From Phycisphaerae bacterium (GTDB taxonomy: Bacteria > Planctomycetota > Phycisphaerae > UBA1845 > Fen-1342), in NCBI GenBank assembly GCA_050115495.1, contig JASFQK010000032.1, forward strand, positions 17,769 to 81,768: a stretch of DNA of 64,000 nucleotides, in the 5' to 3' direction. Position numbers and translations under genes: made by a program. The notes beneath the pieces were generated by a model. It was not told the origin of the DNA. It saw nothing but the letters and a program-made list of their open reading frames with translations, and did no database searches. Shown piece by piece: positions 47,173 through 58,206 of the stretch (positions within the stretch are counted from its first letter, which is position 1; each line of letters opens with the position of its first letter).

Positions 47173-47546
47173 TGATGGCCTACGCCCGTCAATGTGATCG
47201 CTGTCGGCGGGTGGTGGCCCCGCGTGGCAACCTCAACGCCCGCTACTGCCCGTACTGCGGCGCACAGCTCAGTGGCGCCCCGGTCGAAATGCCCAGCTCG
47301 TCCGGCACGACACCGGATTTCGCTGGGGCGGCCGCGGCCGTCGCCGTGGTCTGCGGCGTGCTCTCCCTTCTTCTGCCCGGCGTCGGCGTCTTCCCGGCCA
47401 TCATCGCCATCGGCTTCGGCGCTCAGACCGTCCGCCGCGCCACCAGCCTGCCCGGCCAGCCCGGTATCGGGGCGGGTCGCGCCGGCGTCGTCCTGGGCAT
47501 CATCGGTCTCGTCGTCCAGTTGCTGGTCTGTTCCCGCCTGGCCTGA
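47172..47546 (+). CDS. Zinc-ribbon + DUF4190-like membrane protein
   Basis: CDRC..NARYCPYCG; two TM helices ending in G.G...AGVVLGIIG. Confidence 0.75.
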   Translation: MMAYARQCDRCRRVVAPRGNLNARYCPYCGAQLSGAPVEMPSSSGTTPDFAGAAAAVAVVCGVLSLLLPGVGVFPAIIAIGFGAQTVRRATSLPGQPGIGAGRAGVVLGIIGLVVQLLVCSRLA

Positions 47547-47746
47547 GCAGCTCAGTCCTGCAACCGTCCTCCACGGAGGGGACCACGACGGACGCGCGGT
47601 TGAACCGCACGAGTGCACTTCGCTACACTTGTCGTGTGAGGGGTCAGGTTGTGAAGTCGCCCCGAACCGAACAAACGCGTCTGACGCGACCACGTGGCCG
47701 CGTGAGGGGACGGTGTTGATCGGCGGAGCCTGGCGAGACGCGACCA

Positions 47747-49444
47747 GTGAGAACGGGCGGGTGCGCTACGTCCGCGGAACGCGGGGGACGGAGAAACCTT
47801 GCAGATAGCGCCGGCCAGCCGCGCGTCGCCCACCTTCGCGCCAACCGTGACACGGCGACACCGAAGCCTCGCGTTCGACTCAGCGGTATCCGTCCGGCGG
47901 CGGCGCGCCGCTCCCTCTCTCATGTGACCTTGCTGCTCTGCGGCCTGCAAGGCATCTACGCGCTGCTGTTCATCTGGCGCTCCAGTGTGGTCGTCACCAG
48001 GCAGCGGTATTTCTGCCTGTTCGACGACGCCCTCATTTCGATGCGCTACGCCCGGCACCTAGCCGAGGGACACGGGTTGGTGTGGAAGATCGGCGAACAC
48101 GTCGAGGGATTCTCCAACCTAGCGTGGACGCTGGTGATGGCCCTGCTGCACCTGCCCGGATTGGGGCCCAGCCACACGTGCCTGCTTACGCAACTGCTGG
48201 GCATCCCGATGCTGTGGTGCTGCGTGTGGGCCACGTACCGTCTGTGCAATGCGTTTCGGTTGCTGCCCCGCCCGGCGCTGATTGCGATCGTGCTGTGCGT
48301 CACATACTACAACTTGCTGTATTTCAGTCTGATGGGCATGGAGACGGCAGCGCTTTGCTTCGTCGTCACCATGGCTCTGGCGTCCGCGGTGTGGGCGCTG
48401 CGCGAGCGACGAGGCCGCCTTGCCCCCTACGTCTGGTTCATGTGGGCCGTGCTGTTGCATGCCGACGCCGTGCTACTGACCTGTTGGACGGCGAGCTGGA
48501 TGCTCCTGCGCGTCCGTCAGCAGCGTTGGCGACCGGTCGTCGGGCTGGCTCTCGTCAGCGTCACTCTCGGTTTGCAGGCATGGTGGCGCCGCGTGTATTA
48601 CGGCGACTGGATGCCCAACACGTACTACCTCAAGATGACCGGCTGGCCGCTCGCGGACCGCCTCTTGGCCGGCGTGGACAATTCGGCGATCAGCCTGCTA
48701 ACGATGGCCGTGCCGCTCGGGCTGAGTCTGTGGGCGCTGCTTGGACGCCGGCGGCGCATTGCCGCCTTCCTGATCGGGGCGTTCTGCCTGTCCTTCGCGT
48801 TCCAGGTCTACGTCGGCGGCGATGCCTGGCCGCTGAACCGCTTCCTCATTCCGACCACGCCGGCGCTGTTCGTGGCGGCCGCGGCCGGCATACGCGGCAT
48901 AGTCCGCGATATGCTGCCTCGGCGCCACGGCGGACGATTGCCGCTGGGAGTCCTGGCCGCCGTCTGCCTGCTGGCGATCAACGGGATCCACTGGGACCAT
49001 ATCGTCCTGTTGGCCCAGCCGCAGATGGTGGGCGACAACGCCATGAACGTGCGTCTCTGGAAAGCCATTGAGCGTGTCGCAGATGACGATGCCTGTATCG
49101 GCGTCGGTTATGCGGGGTTGCTGCCGTACTTCTCGGACCGGAACTGCGTCGATCTGCTGGGCAAGTGCGAGCGTCACGTCGCCCGCACCACGGCACGGGC
49201 GGACAGCTACCTGCCCGGCCACAACAAGAGGGACACGCCGTACATCCTGGCCACCTACCGACCTGACATCCTCATCCACTACGAGTCGGCGGGCGTCCGC
49301 CCCGACTACTTTCCGGTCACCGTGGACGTCGACGGCATCGAGCAGATCTTCCTCGTCCATCATCGCACCTCCCACGTCCACGGGGGACGCCGCCTGCGCT
49401 GGAGCGATCGCGCCGAGTTTGTAACGCTCCCGCTGTCACCGTAG
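47747..49444 (+). CDS. GT-C membrane glycosyltransferase (AftB-like N-terminal motif); start uncertain
   Basis: [59 protein letters not shown]. Confidence 0.7.
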   Translation: MRTGGCATSAERGGRRNLADSAGQPRVAHLRANRDTATPKPRVRLSGIRPAAARRSLSHVTLLLCGLQGIYALLFIWRSSVVVTRQRYFCLFDDALISMRYARHLAEGHGLVWKIGEHVEGFSNLAWTLVMALLHLPGLGPSHTCLLTQLLGIPMLWCCVWATYRLCNAFRLLPRPALIAIVLCVTYYNLLYFSLMGMETAALCFVVTMALASAVWALRERRGRLAPYVWFMWAVLLHADAVLLTCWTASWMLLRVRQQRWRPVVGLALVSVTLGLQAWWRRVYYGDWMPNTYYLKMTGWPLADRLLAGVDNSAISLLTMAVPLGLSLWALLGRRRRIAAFLIGAFCLSFAFQVYVGGDAWPLNRFLIPTTPALFVAAAAGIRGIVRDMLPRRHGGRLPLGVLAAVCLLAINGIHWDHIVLLAQPQMVGDNAMNVRLWKAIERVADDDACIGVGYAGLLPYFSDRNCVDLLGKCERHVARTTARADSYLPGHNKRDTPYILATYRPDILIHYESAGVRPDYFPVTVDVDGIEQIFLVHHRTSHVHGGRRLRWSDRAEFVTLPLSP

Positions 49445-49499
49445 GGCCGTCGCGTCCGCACCAGCCCCGCCGCGCGAAGGCCACTCCGCCAGCGAATCC

Positions 49500-49508
49500 T
49501 GCTATAAT
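49500..49508 (+). promoter_or_regulatory. Extended -10 promoter element of hutU
   Basis: TGCTATAAT matches TGnTATAAT, about 35 nt upstream of the start. Confidence 0.6.
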
Positions 49509-49544
49509 CGCCCCACGATCCGTAGCGATCCAAGGAGAATGTCG

Positions 49545-51212
49545 ATGGCGTCTGTAACCGCCGGTGCCCGCACCGTTCGTGCCCCCCGCGGCACGCAGCG
49601 CACTTGCAAGGGCTGGCAGCAGGAAGCCGCCCTGCGTATGCTCATGAACAACCTCGACCCCGACGTTGCCGAGCAGCCCGACGAGCTCATCGTCTACGGC
49701 GGCAGCGGCCGGGCGGCCCGCTCGTGGCCCGACTTCGACCGCATCGTCGCCACGCTCCAGCGGCTCGAAAACGACGAGACCATGCTGGTGCAGTCCGGCC
49801 GGGCCGTCGGCGTGATCAAGACGAACCCCGACGCCCCGCGCGTCCTCATCAGCAACTCGATGCTCGTGCCGAAGTGGGCCACCTGGGACGAATTCCGCCG
49901 ACTCGAAGCCCTCGGCCTGACCATGTACGGCCAGATGACCGCCGGCAGTTGGATCTACATCGGCACGCAGGGCATTCTCCAGGGCACCTACGAGTGCTTT
50001 GCCGCCGCCGCCAACCAGCACTTCGGCGGCTCGCTCAGGAACCGGCTGGTCGTCACCGGCGGGCTGGGCGGTATGGGCGGGGCCCAGCCGCTCGCGGCGA
50101 CGTTCAACGAGGCGACGTTCCTCGCCGCCGAGGTCGACCGCGCCCGCATCGAACGCCGCCTCAAGACGCGCTACCTCGACCGCATGACCGAGAGCCTCGA
50201 CGAGGCGATCGACTGGGCGCTCAAGGCCCGCCAGGCCGGGCAGGCGGTTTCCATCGGCTGGCTCGGCAACATCGCCGACCTGCTCGCCGAGCTGATCAAG
50301 CGCAAGATCACGCCGGACGTGCTCACCGATCAGACCTCGGCGCACGACGCCCTCAACGGCTACGTCCCCAACGGCATGACCTACGACGCCGCTCTCGCTC
50401 TGCGAGCCAAGGACCCCGAGCGCTACAGCAAGGAGTCCTACCGCACGATGGCCGAGCACATGCGGGCCATGCTCACGCTCCAGGAGCGCGGGGCCATCAC
50501 GTTCGACTACGGCAACAACCTCCGCGGCCAGGCTCAACTGGCCGGCGTCGAGAACGCCTTCGACGTCATCGGCTTCGTGCCGCTCTTCATCCGCCCGCTG
50601 TTCTGCGAAGGCTCGGGCCCGTTCCGCTGGTGTGCCATCTCCGGCGACCCGAAGGACATCGCCGCCACGGACGAAGCCGTCCTGGCCACCTTCCCCGAAG
50701 AGCAAGCCCTCTGCCGCTGGATCCGCATGGCCCGCGAGAAGGTCGCCTTTCAGGGTCTGCCCTGCCGCATCTGCTGGCTCAAGTACGGCCAGCGGGCCCG
50801 CATGGGCCTGGTCTTCAACGAGCTCGTCCGCTCGGATAAGGTCTCGGCCCCCATCGTCATCGGCCGCGACCACCTCGACTGCGGCTCGGTCGCCTCGCCC
50901 AACCGCGAGACCGAAGGCATGAAGGACGGTTCCGACGCCATCGCCGACTGGCCCATGCTCAACGCCATGGCCAACGTCGCCTGCGGCGCGTCGTGGGTTT
51001 CGATCCACCACGGCGGCGGCGTAGGCATCGGCTACTCGCTCCACGCCGGCATGGTCATCGTGGCCGACGGCACCGCGGAGGCCGACCGCCGACTCCAGCG
51101 CGTGCTGACCACCGATCCGGCGACGGGCGTCTTCCGCCACGCCGACGCCGGCTACGACCTGGCCATCGAGGTCGCCCGCAGCAAGGGCGTGGACGTCCCC
51201 GGCCTCGCGTAA
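49545..51212 (+). CDS. hutU: Urocanate hydratase
   Basis: [66 protein letters not shown]. Confidence 0.97.
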   Translation: MASVTAGARTVRAPRGTQRTCKGWQQEAALRMLMNNLDPDVAEQPDELIVYGGSGRAARSWPDFDRIVATLQRLENDETMLVQSGRAVGVIKTNPDAPRVLISNSMLVPKWATWDEFRRLEALGLTMYGQMTAGSWIYIGTQGILQGTYECFAAAANQHFGGSLRNRLVVTGGLGGMGGAQPLAATFNEATFLAAEVDRARIERRLKTRYLDRMTESLDEAIDWALKARQAGQAVSIGWLGNIADLLAELIKRKITPDVLTDQTSAHDALNGYVPNGMTYDAALALRAKDPERYSKESYRTMAEHMRAMLTLQERGAITFDYGNNLRGQAQLAGVENAFDVIGFVPLFIRPLFCEGSGPFRWCAISGDPKDIAATDEAVLATFPEEQALCRWIRMAREKVAFQGLPCRICWLKYGQRARMGLVFNELVRSDKVSAPIVIGRDHLDCGSVASPNRETEGMKDGSDAIADWPMLNAMANVACGASWVSIHHGGGVGIGYSLHAGMVIVADGTAEADRRLQRVLTTDPATGVFRHADAGYDLAIEVARSKGVDVPGLA

Positions 51213-51245
51213 GGCCGCAAGACCCCCGGTCATTCCCACACATGC

Positions 51246-51290
51246 AAAACGGGCCCGCCACCAGTCGTGGCGGGCCCGCTTGTTTTCTCT
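51246..51290. terminator. Bidirectional intrinsic terminator
   Basis: AAAA-CGGGCCCGCCAC-cagtc-GTGGCGGGCCCG-CTTGTTTT between convergent genes. Confidence 0.8.
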
Positions 51291-51325
51291 AACACGGACC
51301 GGCGGTCACCGGCCCGGCCGCGACG

Positions 51326-54300
51326 CTAGTCGTTGTCGCCGCGACCGTACAGGATGTACACCTCGCCGGAGTCAACGCGGCCGCTCGGATCGGCGAGCAT
51401 CGCGCTGATGGCGTAGTCGTCGTTGCCGTCGCCGTCGATGTCGCCCAGAGCCGCCACGCCGCGTGAGTACGCCGCGAACGAATAGCCCGGATCCGACGGA
51501 TACGTGCCGGCGAAGGTCTTGCTTCCGCCGCCGGCGCGGTCACCCGCGACGCGACCGACGAACTTAACGCCCGGCAGGTCGACCGTGCCCACTTCGGCGA
51601 GTTCCTGCTCGCCGACGAGATCAGCCGAACCGTAGATCAGGTAGACGGCGCCCTTGCCGCCTTCAGCACCCGGAGCGGCGATGAGCACGTCGCCGTACCC
51701 GTCGCCATCCACGTCGCCGACGCCGGCGACGTTCGCCCCGGCCATGTCATCCGCGGCCTCGCCGACAAAGCGAACCGCTTCGGCATTCGCGTCGGACAGC
51801 ATCTCGGCCACCGTCCAGCCGCCGGAGGGGCTCTCCAGGAACTGCGAGCCGAAGATGATGACGACTTCGCCGGTGTAGCCACCGGTGACGGCGTTGCCGT
51901 CCGGGCTGCCGACGATCACGTCGTCGTAGCCGTCGTGGTTGAAGTCACCCGCCGAGTCGAAGACGCGGGCTAGGTTCTGGCCGGCCGACGTGCCCTGGAG
52001 CATGACACCCTTCAGGCGCGACGGGTCGCTCGGCGACTTGGCCAGGTTCTCCAGCAGGTAGTCACCCTCCAGGCCCTGTCCGCGGCCGTAGACGATGAAG
52101 ATCGAGCCGACGGCCTGGCCGGAGAAGGTCACGGTTGCCGGTTCACCCGGGGCACCCGGCGTCACCACGGTCTGCCGCACGTTCGTCGAGCCGACCGCGA
52201 AGTCGCGGATGCCGTCACCGTCCACATCGCCCAGAGCCCGCACGTACGAAATCGTCGCATCGCTATGCGGCCCAACGATCTGCGGCGTTCGGTCCATGTA
52301 GTAACCGGCGGTGCCGGTCACGTACGGCGTGTAGCCGGTAATCCTGCTCGCATCGAGCACGCTGGCCGAGGAGCCCTCGACGCAGTCGTTACCGTCGAAC
52401 TCGAAGAGCTCCGGATCGCCGTAGTTCCCGCGGATCGAGCCGATCGTTTCGATGATGTACTGGTGCGGCACGGGCATAGTGTAGTCGGTGCGGCTGGGGA
52501 TCTCGGTGTCGACGTTCGGGTAGGTCAGCCGGACGATCTCGGGCGGGTCGTTCTCGTCCTCGCCCGGGATCTCGCGCGTGCCGGGCTCGACCCAGAGCTG
52601 GGCCCGGTTCGGCCCGTTGCCGACGCGCACGTCGGTCCGCAACTGGTACACGACGCCCGCGGCGACGCGGTCGGCGTCCAGGCTGGGCACGTCCTCGCGC
52701 AGCGCGGTGCGCTGCGGCGAGGCGATGTACAGCCAGCGGCCGTCCGACGCCACGGTCGTGCCGAAGCGGTCATCCACCGACTGACCGAGGACACGAGCCC
52801 CGACCGACGTCGGCGGAAGCGTCACACCACCGACGCTGTGGGACCGCGGGCTGCCCACGGTCGCCCGACCGTAGAAACCGGTCCAGGCGCTGATCGGCGG
52901 CATGCCCGCCACCACCACCCAGGACGGAGTGCAGGCCACAGTCGTGCCCGGCAAAGGAACCGGGACGAGCGGGCAGGCCGTGTCGCTACCCCACACAAAC
53001 CAGCGGTTGGTCACTTCGCAGCCGTCCGGGTCACCGTCGTAGTCGTTGTCTTCACAAGGCGCGACATCCAGCGGCAACTGCGCCGTAAAGATGGAGGCAT
53101 TGGTCAACGGAGGATCAGCAACAACAGTCGTCCAAGGCATCTGGAACCCACCGGGTCCCTGGTGGCAGCTCTCTCACCCCCCGCCTAGCCATACATCCCA
53201 GGCTACAACCCAGGATTGGTACTCCGTCTCGTCGGGATTCTCCCCGATGCCGCCGCAGTCGTCACAGCCCTCCTCACACGGAACGTCGGGATCCTCGCCG
53301 CCGCACACGCACCCTTCAGGCGTTTCCTCGATGCAGTCCTCGCAGCCGAAGAACCCGGCTGGATTCGGATACAGGTCGCGCATGTACATGGCCAGTGACG
53401 GGCGCACCATGAAGTCGAACATCTCGCCGACCTCGTGCAGGTCGAGCACGCGGTCGAACTTGCGCGTCAGCGTCCCGGAATCCTGCAGCATCTCGTTGTG
53501 GCTGGACACGATGACGATGCCGCCACGCGCGAACTGCACCTGGTCCGGCACCCACGCCCCGCTGTTGTAATCGATGGCGTCGAACTCGAACCGGCCCATC
53601 CCGTTGACGTCCGCGACCAGTTCGGGGTGCTGGTAGGGAACGCCTTCCACGAAGGCCGGTGACTCCAGCGTCAGCGACTCGACGCGCGGGAAGCTGAACA
53701 CGAGCTCGGCCAGGTTGTCGCCGTCCATGTCGGGCACGACGGCGATGTCGGACAAGCCCTCGGTGTAGTTGGTGTTCTGGGGCACGCGGATGCCGCGGAA
53801 CGTCACGCCCGGAATCGTCGTGCCCGTCGAGTTGAGGTACTTGATCCCGTGCAACCGCTGTCCCGGGTTGCCGTAGATCATGTACGCCTCGCCCCAGCCC
53901 TGGCCCTGGAACCCGCTCAGGTTCGGCTTGCCGTAACGCGCCCCGATCAGCAGCTCACTGGCCCCGTCGCCGGTCATGTCCGGCACGCTGACCATCGAAC
54001 TGCCCGCCAGGTCGTTGAAGTTGAACCCTTGCAGGATCGCCCCGTGAATGCTGCTCGTCAGCTTGCTGAGCGGGAACTCGCCCACCAGACGATCCGTCAG
54101 CCGCAGGCGGACGAAGCCGCCGCTGTCTCGCGGTGCGTAGAACTTCACCGGCGGATCGATGCCGTCGGAGATCATGACATAGTAGTAGTACTTGCCCAGC
54201 GGAGCCGTCGCCAGCACGACCGGGAAGGTGTGCAGCCCGGCCGTCACGCCGGCCTCCACGAACGTCACTTCGTTGCCGCTCAGCGGCACCGTGTCCGGAT

Positions 54301-55096
54301 CCAGCAGCACCGTCACCGTATGCGGCGAGGTGTCATCCGTCGTCAGGCTGACCTCCCAGATCCCTTCGCGGGTGACCAGGTGGTCCTTCTGATCCGCCAC
54401 GCCGCCCTGCGGCCCGGCGCCGATCCAGGTAGCCACCGGGGGCTGGGCGTCGATCGTCACCGTGCCGGCCGCGTAGCCGATGGCCGTCATATCGCCCGTG
54501 GTCCGGATGCGGATGCCCAGCACGAACCGGCCGTAGTCGTTCGTCACCAGGCCGGCGTTCACCAGCGCCTGCGTGCCGAAGGTGTACGTGTTCACGCCCT
54601 CCGCCGCCGCTACCGCCGGTATCTGGACGTACACCGGGTCGCCGTCCGGGGCCCGGTCGGCGTTGTCGTCCCGGGCCACGACGATTTCGGTCTGGGCCAC
54701 GGACGTCCGGTAATCCAAGGCGAGGTTGAACACGATGTTGACCGCGCCCGGCGGACGAACCGTCACGGCGTCAAACGGCGACGTGAAGCCCAGGTAGGCG
54801 TTCCCGCCACCCGTCTCGTCCTCCGGGGTCGTGCCATCCCCCGTGTCGGGGTTCTGCTGCTCCCCCTGGTTTTCCTCCCCTTCCTCGTCCTCGCCGTCGA
54901 GCGGCGGGGGCGGGATCGGGCGGTCGTCTCCGCTCGTGTCCGTGGACGAGTCATCCTGGTTGACCGTCGACGGGTCCTCGTCGTCCGCTGTCGTCGCGGG
55001 CTGCTGCTGCACTGGACAGCCGCCCAGCAACGTGATACTTAGCAGACCAGTTACGAGCACGGACAGGAACAAGTATCGGGAGCACCGTGCTAACAT
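51326..55096 (-). CDS. FG-GAP (integrin-alpha-like) repeat lipoprotein with in-frame UGA at 53174-53176 (selenoprotein/readthrough or pseudogene)
   Basis: ORFs 53174-55096 and 51326-53140 share one frame, separated only by a TGA; lipobox LLGGC; repeats DMTGDG, DMDGDN, GDVDGDG, GDFNHDG, GDIDGDG with G.VY.IYG. Confidence 0.78.
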
Positions 55097-55356
55097 GCTT
55101 GGGAACCTCCGTTACTTCGGGGTAGCTACAATCCGGCCGTCATCACCGGATGATTTCGGCTGTTTCCCCCTGCCACTTAGGCACACTTCGACATCCTAGA
55201 TCGGCGCAGGTGTCGAGTCAACGGGAAGTCTGAGTCGGCCGCTCCACCGGCCTGGACGCAAGCAGCCGCCACGAGGAGAAATGCAATATCGGCCGCCGTG
55301 CCGCCCCCGGATGTTTCCGGCCCGTAGGAATGACCCAGCTTCGAAAGGACCAGAAT

Positions 55357-56658
55357 GTGAGTACGATTCGCCCGTTCACCGCCATCCGCTACGCCGCGTC
55401 CCAGGCCCCCCGAGGCGACCTCTCCACCCGCCTCGCCCCGCCCTACGATATTCTCGATCAGAGCGACAAAGAGCGGCTGCTCGCCGCCGACCCGCTGAAT
55501 TTCGTCAAGATCGACCTCCCGCACGTCCCCCCCAAATCCGCCGGCCCGGACAGCGTTTACCGGGCCTCGCGGCAGACGCTCGACGCCTGGCTGGCCGACG
55601 GCACCATGCTCCGCGACCCCCAGCCCATGCTCTACGCCTACCACCAGAAATTCCAGCATGAGGGCCGCGATTACACGCGCCGCATGCTCTTCGCCCGACT
55701 CCGCCTCGAACCCTTCGGCACCGGCACCGTCTTCCCCCACGAGCAGACCTTCGGCGGCCCCAAGGAAGACCGCCTCGCCCTGACCAAGGCCACCCAGGCC
55801 AACCTGAGCCCGATTTTCGGCCTCTTCGAGGACGCGGCCAACGAGGTCAGCGACCGCCTCGAGGCCGCTCTGCCCGAGAAACGCCTGTGCTGCGGCCGCG
55901 TGCCCGGCACGGACGTGGACAACCTGTTGTGGGGTATCAGCGACTCGGACACCATCAATGCCGTCCAGAAGCTGCTTCAGCCCAAGCCGATCTTCATCGC
56001 CGACGGGCATCACCGCTACGGCACCGGCCTCCTGTACCGCGACTGGCTCACCCAGCAGGAGGGTGCCCTGCCCGATGAGCACCCCGCCAACTACGTCCTC
56101 GCCGTCCTTTGTGCGATGGAGGATTCCGGGTTGCTCATCCTGCCGACGCATCGCGTTCTGCCCGGCGTGAAAGCTACCGCCGACATCTTCCAGGCCGATC
56201 CGCAGGTCGAAGTCAGCAAAATGGGCGTCACGGACCCCGCCGAAGCGGTCCGCGCCCTCGCCGCGTTCGGTCCCCAGGCCGTCGCGTGCTACGATCCGGC
56301 CACCAAGAGCTACTCGGCGCTGCGGCCCTGCAAGCCGGAGATCCTCGACGCTCTCGAGCCCGAGCACAGCCCCGCGTGGCGCCGGCTCGGCCTCGCTTTC
56401 CTGCACGCCTACCTACTCGACCGCCTGGTCACGCCCAAGCTCTGTGGTGGCCAGGCCCCGACCATTCAGTACATTAAGGCCGCCGAACCGGCGGTCGACA
56501 CGGCCCGCGAGACCAGCGGCGTCGCTTTCCTCATGCAGCCCACGACGATGGAAGAGATGCGCGGCGTGTGCAGCGCCGGCGATCTGATGCCGCAGAAGAG
56601 CACCTACTTCAACCCGAAACTGGCCAGCGGCCTGGTAGTGAACCCACTGCGGGCGTAA
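55357..56658 (+). CDS. DUF1015 family protein
   Basis: APPYD, PHEQT, IADGHHRY, ILPTHR, MPQKSTYFNPK; AAAGGA before GTG. Confidence 0.9.
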   Translation: MSTIRPFTAIRYAASQAPRGDLSTRLAPPYDILDQSDKERLLAADPLNFVKIDLPHVPPKSAGPDSVYRASRQTLDAWLADGTMLRDPQPMLYAYHQKFQHEGRDYTRRMLFARLRLEPFGTGTVFPHEQTFGGPKEDRLALTKATQANLSPIFGLFEDAANEVSDRLEAALPEKRLCCGRVPGTDVDNLLWGISDSDTINAVQKLLQPKPIFIADGHHRYGTGLLYRDWLTQQEGALPDEHPANYVLAVLCAMEDSGLLILPTHRVLPGVKATADIFQADPQVEVSKMGVTDPAEAVRALAAFGPQAVACYDPATKSYSALRPCKPEILDALEPEHSPAWRRLGLAFLHAYLLDRLVTPKLCGGQAPTIQYIKAAEPAVDTARETSGVAFLMQPTTMEEMRGVCSAGDLMPQKSTYFNPKLASGLVVNPLRA

Positions 56659-56718
56659 CGCCTCGCCGAAAGCGCGATGTTCGCTGAATAACAGAGCAAC
56701 CGGCGGGCGGAACTTGCC

Positions 56719-57678
56719 CTACGGGTTCTGCCCCGCCGGGAACAGTTCATCGATTTGCGTGAGGTCGCTGGGCGTCAACTCGACGCCCACGGCCCCCACG
56801 TTTTCCTCGATCTGCTCCGGCTGGCTGGCGCCGATGATCACGCTGCTGACTGCCTCCCGCTCCAGTAACCAGGCGAGCGCCAACTGCGCCAGCGTCAGCC
56901 CATGCTTCTCGGCGATCGGCCGTAGCCGCTCCACACGCTGAGCCAGCGCCGGGTCGATCTCCTTGAGGAACACGTTCATTCGCTTGTCGGCCGCCCGGCT
57001 GCCCGTCGGCGCGTCGCCGCCGCTGTACTTGCCAGTCAGCACGCCCTGCTTGAGCGGGCTCCAGACGACCATGCCCAGGCCTTTCTCCAGGCACATCCGC
57101 TGCACGCCGTTCGTCTCCACGCGCCGCGCTGCAAGGCTGTATTCCGGCTGGTTTGACACGGGCAGCGAAGCGTTCAACTCGAAGCCGCAATCGCACGCCT
57201 GCTCGATGGCGCTGGCCGGCCACTCGCTCACGCCCCAGTACAGGACCTTCCCCTGCCGCACGAGGTCGTCCATCGCCCGCACCGTCTCGTGGATCTCGAC
57301 CTCCTCGTCCAGGCGATGACACTGGTACAGGTCGACGTAGTCGGTCCGCAGCCGCTTCAGCGAAGCGTGAGCGCTTTCGAAGATGTGCTTGCGCGACAGC
57401 CCCCTGTCATTAACCCGATCGCTCATCGGGAAGTAGACCTTGGTCGCCAGTACGATATCCCGCCTGCGGAACTCGGCCAGCTCCCGCCCGTAGCACTCCT
57501 CCGCCGACCCGAGGGCGTACACGTCCGCGGTATCGAAGAAGTTGATGCCGAGGTCGAACGCCCGGCGGATGCAGGCCCGGGCGACGTCCGCGGCCACGCC
57601 CCCGCCATATGTGAGCCAACTGCCCAGGCCGATCTCGGACACCTTGACGCCGGCCTTGCCCAATCTGCGGTAGTTCAT
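56719..57678 (-). CDS. Aldo/keto reductase (Kv-beta-like)
   Basis: LGSWLT, FFDTADVY, GLSRKHI, DLYQCHR, WSPL.QGVLTGKY. Confidence 0.93.
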   Translation of the reverse strand: MNYRRLGKAGVKVSEIGLGSWLTYGGGVAADVARACIRRAFDLGINFFDTADVYALGSAEECYGRELAEFRRRDIVLATKVYFPMSDRVNDRGLSRKHIFESAHASLKRLRTDYVDLYQCHRLDEEVEIHETVRAMDDLVRQGKVLYWGVSEWPASAIEQACDCGFELNASLPVSNQPEYSLAARRVETNGVQRMCLEKGLGMVVWSPLKQGVLTGKYSGGDAPTGSRAADKRMNVFLKEIDPALAQRVERLRPIAEKHGLTLAQLALAWLLEREAVSSVIIGASQPEQIEENVGAVGVELTPSDLTQIDELFPAGQNP

Positions 57679-57864
57679 GGTACTCCCACCTCTCGCCCCA
57701 ATACCGGCGTTCGCCTGCTCGCCGCCGGCTAACGATAGTCGCCCGACCCGCGGGCGGCAACGCGCCAAGGCGTGGCCGCGGAAAGTGCGTGAGATATCGG
57801 ACCACGAACCCCCAAGGACTGCCCGGTGCCCGCCGGGCGGTGTCCGGAATGAACTGCCCGTCCG

Positions 57865-58206
57865 CTACGTCTCAGATAACCCGCGCTTGGCCGCGTCGAC
57901 GTAGGCCTCGAACGACTTCAACCACGCCTCGAAGTCATCCGCCTGCTGACCCTTGAAGCCCTGCTCCATCGTGGAGGCCAAGGTGCTAAGGTCCGGATAA
58001 CCGTAAGACCCACTCGCTCCCTTCAGCCGGTGAGCAAGCATGGCCAACTGGTCCCAGTCCAGGGCGGCGAAGGCCTGGCGGAGCTCCTCCAGCCGGCGCG
58101 GCAGGCCCTCCACGAACTCCTCCACGATGTCGCGCAGGTCCGCGTCATCCTGGAGCAGGTGCGAAAAGAGCTGCTCGGGAATCGGAGTCTGTGGCGGCTG
58201 CTCCAT
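57865..58206 (-). CDS. Stand-alone Hpt (histidine phosphotransfer) protein
   Basis: LAHRLKGASGSYG motif; CAGGAG SD. Confidence 0.88.
   Translation of the reverse strand: MEQPPQTPIPEQLFSHLLQDDADLRDIVEEFVEGLPRRLEELRQAFAALDWDQLAMLAHRLKGASGSYGYPDLSTLASTMEQGFKGQQADDFEAWLKSFEAYVDAAKRGLSET

Noticed and set aside
53174..53185. Phase-variable frameshift at the G-run before the UGA
   Set aside because: Both ORF halves are in the same frame, so no indel is needed; the run is only 6 nt
53040..53225. Diversity-generating retroelement variable region
   Set aside because: No template repeat or reverse transcriptase in the window, and the bias is at synonymous positions rather than adenine-specific
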